Shown here in pieces: positions 34,380 through 45,163 of a stretch of DNA of 45,163 nt (within the stretch, counting starts at the first letter, position 1; every line of letters starts with the position of its first letter). The stretch spans positions 1 through 45,163 of the forward strand of contig KZ538836.1 of the NCBI GenBank assembly GCA_000934665.2. Direction: 5' to 3'. The notes under the pieces were generated by a model. The model had not been told where the DNA came from and did no database searches. It was given only the letters and a program-made list of their open reading frames with translations. The stretch is from Catajapyx aquilonaris (lineage: Eukaryota). The position numbers and the translations under genes were made by a program.

Positions 34380-37050
34380 TTCCTCAGCATCCTCCCATCA
34401 GTATAAGCCTCAATAATGAGAAACCCCATTGCAGTCCTAAAAATTACTGCCAAACAACTTGGGATAGCAGCAGCACAATGGTACTATGATGCTCACCATG
34501 GGTGTTGAGTTGCGAAAACATACTCGAAGCACAACCAAGATGAGTTTGACGCATCTGATTGGAGACGTGGATCGGGATGAAAATCAGCTGTCCGTCGAAC
34601 CAAGTGGGATTTTCACATTGTGCCTCCAAAGACTGGTCCAAAGCATCCTCCGCGAAGTAGTGGATGTTGCATCACTCCCATCTGCACTCCCCAAGGCCGA
34701 TTCTCCATGCTGAAATGAGCTGTCCCAAAACTTACATCCTGTGAAAGAACGAGAAAAAATTATGAGCAACTGCAAATTCTAATTATGACGGACCTTGCAG
34801 AGCAACCAGTCATATTGGAATGATTTCGTCATATGATGTAGAATTGAAGACTGAATGATTCCATTTCAAACATTACAGTGGTAGCAGAAACTTGATCAAT
34901 GGCCTATTACAGGCCAAAATTAGGATCATGTGTTAGTACATACTGGGCAATAATTGTGCAATGCAGCTGATTTCACTTGTACATACATGACGTCAACAAA
35001 GGGGTGGCTAGGCCCATGTCAAATGACTCCCACTCGCTCCCACAGGTGCTCAACAGACAAGATGACGACGCAGATAAATGTGACATCACAGGAAGAAAAT
35101 ACAGTATAATATTATGACCACCTGTCAAAGATGGCCACAGCAAGCACCTGATGTTGTATGGTGTTAATGCAATACTTAATCTTTCTTTAAACTCTTCATG
35201 ATAATGGTTAGCTGCAGGCATCAAAATGAATGGCCAATTAACATTTTCTTCTAAAAGCTACTGTTCTCACTGACCAAGCACTAGCTTCCAATATCCACTG
35301 GCTTCCATATTCATTGTCTAATGTATGGACATCAGCTTCAGCACTTGAACACATGAGGTGTACAATATTGTAATAATGCTTACCTTAGAATAGTACTGAC
35401 ATAACACTAGACAAGTACGACTGGCAACTTCATCAGAAGCGTAACTAACAATCTCATGACTCAAAGAACAAACTTGGAAAATAAACTTTGACAATTTTTG
35501 TCGCATAATGATTTGAGGGGTGTGGTGGAAAAAGGTGATAATCCCCCATTTTTGTCATTTTCAACCTATAAACACAGGTCTACCAACTATGTAAAAGACA
35601 TGACAAATAGTTTGGTATACTCCAAGTTGCTCTCCACAATAATTACACTTTTGTGGGTCATCACATTTTTCTACCACACCCCTCATTTCTGAAAAGTATA
35701 ACATCCTTGGTAACATCTCTTTGGCACAGACTGTCGCAATAGCTAGATTGTAATTTACTTCTCAACAGAAAAAATTAGCATCGAGAAACATAATTATTTC
35801 CATGATTGACCAATACAAGGTACAAGTGAAATGCTTACCATGTCCATGTCTGGTCTGCCAGGATGGTAGATGGCAAATGAGGGTTTCAGGCATCTGATGA
35901 CAACAGAACCTCACATCGCTTGATTCCAGAAGTCGATTTGGATGGGGCCAAAGTGGTTGCTGGTTTGGCAGAATCAGGCAGGTGATGTCCAGAGACCAAT
36001 CAGATGCATCGTCATTATGGAAGAATAAGTAATGGGTATAGGTCACATATGACTCATTGAGAGTGCTCATTGCATCTATACGTATATATGCATCTATGGC
36101 TCGCCATGCAGTGACTCTTGTACAGTTACAATAGGGGTCATCAAAATAATTAGTGCCACACAATCAAGTGATTTGTCTTAGAAATTGTGACATTAGCAGA
36201 CTACAAATTCCACCAAGATATGTTTGATGCCTGCAAAATAATAACCCAGAACCTTCACCTAAATGAGACTGGATGAACTTCTTTTGTCAGCAATATATTG
36301 TGGGCATTGTACAAGATGAACTCAAATTGTGGAATTAACCAGCAAATAACAGCTGCTCTTCTGTCTTCTCCTTATCTCTTCCAGATGTATGACATTAAAG
36401 AGAATTGAAGATATAGAAATGGTGCTTAGTCATCAAGTCATAAATTTGCTCAACATTATTGTAATCTGGCTGGGATAAATATTGCTAGCTGATAATTTCT
36501 AATTATTGGAACACATGACAGCATATTTAATAATTATGACATTGCAGGCTATTATGCACGTTTTCAACTTGAATATATTCTTGCATATCTGGCCAACTTG
36601 GAATGTTTCACTGATATTCTGAAGCTTATTGCTTAGGAAACAGAAGTGACTGCTGAACTATAACTGAACCATTACTATGCAACTAACTGAATGGAAAATG
36701 GTGTGCATACCTTGTTGAATGCAGCTCCAGCACACAGCCTCTGTACTTGAATGTGATTTGTCCAATGTCACCAACAGCTCACTCTGCAGGTCTTCCAAGC
36801 CAGTGATGGTCCTCTCCAAAAGTATAGTGATTTGATTTGCTCCATCAAAGACATGATGACAAAAGGACCTGTGAAGTACAAGATACAAATAAGTCAGTGC
36901 AAGGAAAAGTGAATTGATGCCAAAAATCCACATCTCTATAATCTGCAAGTCGTATTGTGGCAATTTGAAAAGCGTGAGAAAATATATTGATCCTTCCAAA
37001 ATAATGGGGCATGGATGTAACAAGTATATGGCAATCAACAACCAGTTTGA
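34380..37050 (-). mobile_element. Probable decayed Mutator-like (MULE) transposon with SWIM and Ulp1/C48 protease relics
   Basis: In 5'-3' order on the minus strand: IFGINS.F...FDGANQITIL...QGMHTIFHSV...HFCF..KLQNI (MULE-like, ~36930-36610); CHLPSWQTRHGHGKH (SWIM-like, ~35880-35830); RRMLWT...NVKI / FDGQLIFIPIHVSN...H (Ulp1-like, ~34660-34530). All are degenerate. Confidence 0.45.
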
Positions 37051-37926
37051 TTGATCACTGCTGTAGGCAGGACTTGATCAGAAAAGATCAGCTTATGGAA
37101 TTTACGAGGAAGATGCATCATGTTGGGGGGTCATTCACACTGACACAAGTGAACCAGACCTGGTGCACTATTAGATCATTTAAAAAAATTGTTCATTTTT
37201 TTGGCATGTAATAAGATTATGTATGAGCAATCTGCTGTTCCTCGAGTCATGTTGGCCCACAAAAATTCCTCATTTGAGAGGTTGCCACAAACTGAAGCCA
37301 TCACTGTCTATGGGTGCGAAAGAGTTGCAATAATCTGACTTCCTCATTGGGCCGTATTAAATTAAATCTTACACGTGCAAATTAAATTCCCAAATTTTAG
37401 CACCAAGACAACACGGCAGAAAAAAACGGATCTCTTCATGTTTGCATCTGATATGATTACGTATAAGCAATAAGGAACTCACCATGAATTAATTGCAGCT
37501 ATACTCGTACATCCAAGGTCATTGAGCATGTCCTTGTCCAGGTTGCGACCAATTTGACTGCGGTCCCCGTTTGGTGTCCACAATGTCCAGCAGCATCCAA
37601 TTTAAGAGCATTGTACATGAAAAATACAATTTACATAATTACAATAATGTATAGAGTGCATTTATTAGGGACATGATTATCCGGCCAGCATATAATAATT
37701 AGACCCAATTTGACTGGGCTTATCGGTCATATTAACTCACTTATTACGTTGTCTAATAAGTATTGACCTACGAAACGATGACCATCATTAAAATGGCTAT
37801 TTAATGTAACACTATTAAACATACCTGTACGCGAACATGTTGCTGTGAAGATCGTCAGGTATATTCTTCCTTCCATGTCCAGACTAGGAATGGTCGCCAT
37901 TGGCCGATAAAGAAGCCCCCCCCCCC

Positions 37927-37945
37927 NNNNNNNNNNNNNNNNNNN
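37927..37945. other. Assembly gap (19 N) within a poly-C run
   Basis: Directly visible. Confidence 1.
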
Positions 37946-39084
37946 CCCCCCCCCCCCAACCCACCCACTCAGTATGTCACCCCCATTTGTGCCAACATAA
38001 TATATTGTGAGGGATGAATTTGACCATATTGTTATCAGTGGAAAGTATTAGCTGCTAATATTATGCCAAACTTGAAGCATTTATCGGTGTATCCTGGTAG
38101 TCAGATGACTTTGCAAGCACGAGTCATTGGTGGCTACGAGTACCAAGGATAAAAAAAGTATTGCCTAGCTGGTATTGTTATCAAAAATATAATTCTATAG
38201 GAACGACCTATTAACTGAGCTAATCAACGAGACCCTTACCCTCAGCAGGACACTCCTGATTTGGCAGCCATAATCTTCTTCTCTGAGCAAAGAATATGAT
38301 TCAAGTAACATGGTTAGCAATGTTGACTTCTTTAAAATGCATAACCTGCTGCTGCCTTCAAGATGATTGGTCAAGGGTGCGTGAGTGTGTCACGGTCACC
38401 TCAATGACACATTTCAAAGTTTTTACTATCCTGTCCAATTGTGTGAAATTACGCATGTTTTCCACAGGATGTAGCTCATTTAAGCCAACCATAGCCGCAT
38501 TCCTTTAATAATTGACCTTTGCCTCTTGGAAACAAGTTTGCAATGAAAACCAGTCCATTTTCTCAATTCGAAAGATTAATGATAATTTATTATAACTTAC
38601 CGCACCTTACATAACAACGATCACCTTGTAAACAAGTGTAGTAGTTTCCATATAGCTTTCACTTTCCCCATTCAACAATATTAGAGGACAAAGTGGTATA
38701 GCCATGGTGGACTTTGTCCGCGCAGTGACTCATCACCAACGTGCATGTAGTACTACAAAGAAGGAGGATGCACGCCATTTGTGAGTGGAATATCGTGCTA
38801 CGTCCAAGTTGTGGGGGTGGGCCAAGCAGTGTTGACAAAATGTTGCCAACTAGTTTAAATAATTTTAAACAATGCTTCGAATGATTATGCCGCAAAATCA
38901 AGTCCCTGTACCGCTGTGTATATGTCACTTGACTGTCACTCTCCGCCCATCGTCATCGCGGTCACGCAGAGGCAACCAACCACGCCTCATTAATGCGACC
39001 CTCTTTTTGCCCACATCCAGCCAAGCATCCTGACCAGTCGACCAGAGACACTCTCCTGGTCCAGACGCCAGCAGCATCCAAGCC

Positions 39085-40402
39085 ATGGACGTGTACGACT
39101 CCTTCCGACCACTGGCCATCGTGTCCAGGGCGCTTGGCTACTTACCTGTGGGCAACACCACCAGCAAGCCCTACAGACGCCTCTGGTTCTTCTCCCTCTT
39201 TGGTCCAATCATCCTCTTGACCATCAACCTTCTCTGGCATCTGATCGAATTCAACGAGAACAACTGGGCAGACTGGAAGGTGCCATCGTCCAACATCAGC
39301 TTCATAGTCGTCATGGAATATTTCGTGGTGAATCTGACCATTGTCATCACTTACGTGGTGATCGAGCTCAACTTCGGACGGATAAGCGATCTGATATCCA
39401 AACTGAACGGATTCGACGGTGCGATGAAAGGAAACACGGACATCAACTCCTGGATGAGAAAAGCTGCTTGGATTTACCTTGGAACGTTTGTTGGGCTGAT
39501 TGTCATCCAGTTTGTGTTGGACTGTGCTGAGATGAAGACTCTCACTTTCCACAATGTGTTCAACACAATCATATTCCTTCCGTACGTGCTGCTGATCCAA
39601 GTCGTGTTCTTCTCAGAGTCAATCAGACTCCGATTTGCTTCAGTGAAACAGGAGATCAGACAAGTGATTCAGACCATGCCAAGCTCATTTCCTTCGTCGG
39701 ACAAACAGCCTGCTGTTGAAGCAGTGGACGAATCTCTTCTCCAGCCTTTGTCTCGTCTGAGCGGAGCATTTGACGATCTGTGCCAGTCCGTGTCTCGTGT
39801 GAACAGGTCCTATGGACTGGGTTTGGCTGCCTTGTACCTCTACCTTGTGATTGAAATTCTGGTTGAGAGTTTTTACCAGTTGGCAGTTCCTGGTGATTTT
39901 GGTGAAGTCGACTTCGGCACGTTCAGAGGACTGTTCTTGCTTGGATGCAGGATTTTCGTGATTTGGTGCGTCACTTGCATGCTGGAAAGGCTTCCTAATG
40001 AGGTACGATACGACCAAAAAGTACTAGTGTTCACACGAGTCACTAAAAAAATCGTGATTCTTATCTCCCTCGCAGGCATCGTCCTTGCTGCTTGACCTCC
40101 GCAAAGTTGATCTGACATCACTTGAGGCCAACGACCAAATGGTGATTCGTGATCTGATCTCAAAAGTGACTCATCCTCCTGTGGAAATTTCGGCCTGGTT
40201 CTTCCGAGTTCGAAGCGGAATTATCGCCACCGTAAGTTCAAAAAATATTCATTGTGATTCATTGGTGATTGAAGATAACTTCATTTATAAATACTGGCTA
40301 ATGTATGTGTGATACAATCATATTTATTTGCAGGTGACTGGCCTGATCGTGACTTATCTCATCATTCTCAGCCAACCGAAACTGACTCGTCATCCCGAAT
40401 AA
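39085..40402 (+). CDS. Gustatory receptor (7tm_7 family), ~380 aa
   Basis: Exons 39085-40002, 40076-40231, 40334-40402 (1143 nt; two phase-0 C-terminal introns typical of GRs). Multiple TM segments, VNRSYGLGL, EISAWFFRV and TM7 motif TYLIILSQ. Confidence 0.92.
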
Positions 40403-43094
40403 TTGTGGTAAAAAAAAACCGACATTAACTGGAAAAATGTAGCCGGTTCTGTACATAGATAATAATTATCCTGTATGTCTTTATTACACCTTGAGCGCTA
40501 ACGGTATAATTGCGCCAATATTTTTCAATTCTTTCCTATACATTACGCGGGATGGTGCACTGCCTAAGTACAATTAAATAGGTGGGAATGAAGAGAAGTT
40601 AATCGTGTTTATTCCAAGCAGCCAATTGAATGAGAAACTGTGCTAAAAATAGGCTTTTATATCCAATAATAATTCTTATTTTCCTCTTCCCAGATTGAAC
40701 AGTATAATCATCATTAATATTTCTGATATATTTTGTAAACTATTATTGTACTTAACACATCAAGGTCTAGTAGTGATATGCTTCAAGCCAGTGGCTAAAA
40801 AAATAACAATAATTGCATATACTTGACCTGTTATCCTCTGCAATTATATAACCTTTTGACACTAGACCCCAAGGGATGATCTTAATCAAGTCGCCATTTA
40901 TTTAGGTCTGTCTCGTTATCACGTGTGGGTGTTTGTGGAACAAGCAGCTGCATTGTAACAGATTATTTTGCATAATTGCTATTAATTGTAGTGCAGTCAT
41001 CTCTATACTTATGTGGCTGGGTCTCGTAACCATTGTACGGCCTCATCACTTAAATGGCACATTTCAGGGCATTTTAAAATCCAAAAGCGACTGCAATGCA
41101 TCAGTCAAACTTTACAAAGCTGCATATATAGGGTGGGATTGTGAAATAATTAATGTCCAACTTTAATTTGATTAGGTTATATCGCTTGGTCAGGGCGGAC
41201 GGGGATTGCTGCCAGAATCAGGGAAATGTAGGTCATAACCTTATCGCTTGATACTCTGAACTGACCTTTTTACACAATTTAATTTTTGCTTACAAACAAG
41301 TTGTGCTAATCCAGCTGCAACAGGATCAAAGAGTAACTTCCATAATTATCAGGAAGCAAAATAAATCGCAAAATAAAATTAGCCTCTGTCAATCTTTTCA
41401 TAAAGCAACTGACTTCAACATGTAGGTTCTATAATATAATTTCTCCGGCGGATGATTAATGGGCGTCCCTGAAATTTATCCGTGTGTATGTGTATTAATA
41501 GCATGAAAATCAAATATTGGAAGGGCGTTGTTTCAATTCCCCCGATATATTGTCCACTTCGGTAGGAAATTGTGTTTCCTGCTTGATGTGTGGGTAGCCG
41601 GAAGATATAACTGGCCACCTTATTGTTTCTGGTGATTGTTAGGCCCCTTATTAGAAACTCATAAGGACATTAGTTCAGTAAACTTTATGTTCCCATATAT
41701 AAAGAAAGGCAATAACAAACTTAATAATATCAAACTGCGTCGTCTGAACTCACTGCCTTGCTTATTAGAGCATAACATTACATTCTTCCCTTTCAAGCTC
41801 AACTATGTGTATGACTGTATGGTATATACCGGAAATAAAATGACAATATTCCTTTATGTATACTACTGCCTTACTTCTCACAAGAAAATAAAGTGCAAAC
41901 ACAAATTTTTCCTGGCTAAAATTCCTCCTTTTGCGCATAGATTTGGCATTGGAACTGATTACACAAAGTCACCCAACTCCACCCATCAGAAGCATCAGTG
42001 GAATGTGTGACCATCAACCCGGAACGACACAATCCAGTCTGAATAGTTGAGGAATGCACAGATCAACGGCCTCCGTGTTTGGTCCTTCTCACGGTCAGCA
42101 CTTCCCGGATATACAGTGTGTTTCATAACGAATCTTACATTATTCATATAATACCAGTGCATGAAACTTATAGCGGAAGAGTTGAAGCCTGAGAAGGATG
42201 CAATATTTTTTTTTTTTTTGTAGGTCCATCAGCATTTTGATAAATTATGTCCACCTGTTTATTATCTTGTCCTTCGCGCATATTGTTTCCGGACTGAACA
42301 AACATTCAACAATCATTATTTAAAACAAACCCCATCCTGATGAGGTACAGTCAATTATTGGAGCCATCAGTAATGTTTTTCAAACTGCATTTTAAGCTAA
42401 TCGTTGGTACAAAACGTGCTTCTGTATGTAATAATTGAAGTGACTTTGTGACATGTGCGGTTCACACTCACTCAAGGACGACATTTTAAATTAGACCAAA
42501 GTGGTAGGGTCGACACCGCTAATCACGTCGGGTCAACTGGAAGCAAGTGTAATGCACAACATTTTGCTCCAATGTGACACTTACATACTCGCAAATTTTC
42601 GTGACAAGCATAAAATTTAAGCGAATCCAGCACAAAAAAACTACCAAACTATCAGATCAGCCAATGATTTTAGATGTCCCTTAAATTAATTTTTGTAGCC
42701 ACATGCACATGGTATTATTTACTTCAGAATTAAAACTGCTTCACAAAGTATGTGCATATATATTTCTATACATGAGGATCATAAATATAGGCCTAGGTTC
42801 AAATTGAATTTTCCGCTTCAATTAACATTGTTCAGACTGAGCTGCTTGTTTTCAACAGTTACTGGAAAATATTACTGTCTAATATTAGTATAAGAACAAT
42901 TCAGGCTCCAAATGACAATGAATTTTGGACATGTAATATTACCAGATAATTATGTTCTGCATTGCCTATAATTAAGTAAAATTGAAAACCAAGTGCTTAC
43001 TAATAACCAGTTAATTGCTCTAATTGAAACGGAACACCTTGCATATGTGGTTGTTCCACATACGCAGTGCGTTCCGTTTCAACTATTATTCTGA

Positions 43095-44640
43095 TTATTC
43101 CAGTACAGCCAATATAAGGTCGGCTGGTTTTGAACGCGATGGACGGACATCGATTCCTTTTAGCAGCATCTTTTCCATGTCTTCTGTAAAGTTCCCACGG
43201 TGATGCACGGTGCACCAAACGTCACCTTGGCAGACAGAGTCACCAATCTTCGTCTGCAGAACCAGGCCGACAGACAAGTCTGGTGTGTCTCCAGGATTAG
43301 ACCTTCCAGAACCCAACAACTGGCACACCTGAAGTGATCACAGTTTGTTGTGTTAAGTTATCTATCAAAAACCAATATAGTGGACCGGATCCGAACCGGG
43401 TCCAGTCAAACACACCTGAGCCACTGCCATGGAATCTATGCCATGCACGAAACCGGACTCGGGACAGGTCAAGTGGGACACTTTTGGACTCTTAGGCAGC
43501 ACATCCTGGGCATTACCATAACACAGTTGCTTTGCAGTCTCTTCGTTAACACCTTGAGCCAATATCATGTCATGAAAAGACTTGAGAGCCAATCCGTTTG
43601 TCAGATGACGTGACAACACAGCCTCTCCGTCAGATGAAGTTGCCACTTTTCCAGACAACTGCAGCAACTTTCCTCCTAGAACATAAAACATGTACGAGTA
43701 ATGATAACATTTACTTCATGCCAGTTTGTACCAAATGCGAGTACAAGCTTGACCAGATCATCAGGACCACGGCCCTGCAGGGTATGGACAGCCTCCAGTA
43801 CTTCCAGGGAGTTCCCAACACATCGGCCCAAAGGTGTGTCCATGTTGGTCAAAAAAGCGCATGTCTTCACTCCCAGTTGGTTTCCAGTCAGAATCTGCAA
43901 CGAAAAGAATTGCGTCACACGGGCCTGGAACAGTTGCGTTAACAAAAGAGGCGCAAACATTCGATTGACGCGTCTCTCTGTTTGGGGCGTTGCCAAGGCT
44001 GGTGGCCATTTCGAAGTGTGGGCAACGCCAACGAGGTATAAATAGGGTACAGGCAACAATAGGGTCCGCCATCTTTGATTCGCGCGTGTTCTTGCCGTGT
44101 AGTTGCCATGGCCGCCAAAACCATCAAAGATGGCGGACGCTTTTTTGCCTGAACCCTATTTAGACCTCGTTGGCGTTGCCCCCACTTCAAAATGGCCGCC
44201 AGCCTTGGCAACGGATCCAAACAGAGAGACGTGGAAATCAATGGCGCTGACCGAAGTTTGCGCCTCTTTTATGCTCCCTGATCGTACCATACAACGAGCC
44301 AGATCCTCCGCTTCTCCGTGACTCTTCTTGAAGGCTCCACGTCCCACTTTAACGTCCAGAACCAACGCGTCTATAGACTCCGCAACCTTCTTGGACATTA
44401 TGGAAGCTGCAACATCACCGGAATTAAATACATATAGCATATAGCCTATATAATGAATATGCAATAGGCGCAGTAACTTGCATGTAATTAGTGGGTCGTA
44501 ATCTACAGTGGCTGTCACATCGCGGATGCGATACATCTCTTTGTCGGCTGGTGCAACACTCTTTGATTGCCCAACAATGCAGCATCCGGATTTGGCCAGG
44601 ATTCGCAGCATGTCAGTAGCTGTAGCTTCCACCTGGAAAC
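43095..44640 (-). CDS. TYMP: Thymidine phosphorylase, 3' five exons (5' exons not found in the window)
   Basis: Exons 44640-44482, 44406-44288, 43894-43732, 43675-43416, 43328-43095. Motifs [79 protein letters not shown]. Confidence 0.95.
43944..44270. mobile_element. Foldback MITE in a TYMP intron
   Basis: ~135-150-bp arms AAAAGAGGCGCAAAC...GTCCGCCATCTTTGAT / ATCAAAGATGGCGGAC...GTTTGCGCCTCTTTT around a ~42-bp spacer. Confidence 0.85.
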
Positions 44641-45163
44641 CTGTGTAACATGGGGTCTGGGAAATTTGTACACGAATATACACACGCATTACACCAATTT
44701 TCAACACCAAAATGTCATTCCACAATAAATTACACAGCGCAACAAAAAAAAACTTTCGGCGTGTTATTCGGAAACCACTATGCACATCATGTTAGTAGGA
44801 CCCGAAGTAGCTGGGAAATGCCCGGGATTTCTCTCCCAAAATCTGCAGTGGGTCAGGGTGACCAAAAATGCGAAAAAATCAAAATATTGACGTTTTTTGG
44901 CCTATTTCCAGGTCTGGCAACCACAGTAAGTTTCGGATTTTGTTTTTGCTGGCATTAGGTGTTACCTGGGTCTAGTCTGAAGCCACTATGGTGTTTAAAG
45001 TCAATCTTTTATAGAAACTGTGGTTTTCCAGGGTCCTTTTTATGGAAAAAATTCCGTTTTTTGGTCCTTTTTCGTCAATTTTTTGGGAACAGTGTATGGA
45101 CTTTTTTTTAAAAAAAGTGTAGCGTAATGGGCTCTTTAGAGACCCTACAATCAAGGAGTAATA

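Noticed and set aside
39142..40017. 152-aa and 110-aa minus-strand ORFs
   Set aside because: Antisense shadows of the gustatory receptor.
42111..42340. Tc1/mariner-like left end TACAGTGTGTTTCA
   Set aside because: No matching right TIR could be identified with confidence.
43095..44640. Bacterial origin (HGT or contamination) of thymidine phosphorylase
   Set aside because: The gene has spliceosomal introns and animal-type GCCIVGQS sequence; nothing here indicates recent transfer.

Overview
Eukaryotic genomic DNA, most likely a compact-genome arthropod (pancrustacean), inferred from mostly 50-75 nt introns and the ionotropic and gustatory receptor genes. Nine host-type genes were reconstructed by hand from splice sites: an orphan helical protein (-), AGA (+), CHMP2A (-), PRMT3 (+), a nardilysin/IDE-like M16 peptidase (-), an intronless divergent ionotropic receptor (-), a divergent class A GPCR (+), a gustatory receptor (+), and the 3' part of thymidine phosphorylase (-). 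An additional 239-aa zinc-finger-like ORF sits inside a repeat-bounded, transposon-like cassette. Intergenic DNA holds many small DNA transposons (hAT, Harbinger, piggyBac-like, Tc1/mariner MITEs), a Helitron fragment, a tRNA-derived SINE, and a decayed 27-38 kb block with Tc1 and probable MULE/SWIM/Ulp1 relics. The best leads are: (1) a single +1 frameshift at TTT-TAG in the otherwise intact M16 peptidase; (2) a tRNA-Gly-like cloverleaf with a 6-nt anticodon loop in a PRMT3 intron; (3) the repeat-bounded ORF cassette between CHMP2A and PRMT3. No new biological system can be proven from sequence alone. All family calls are motif recognition without database searches.
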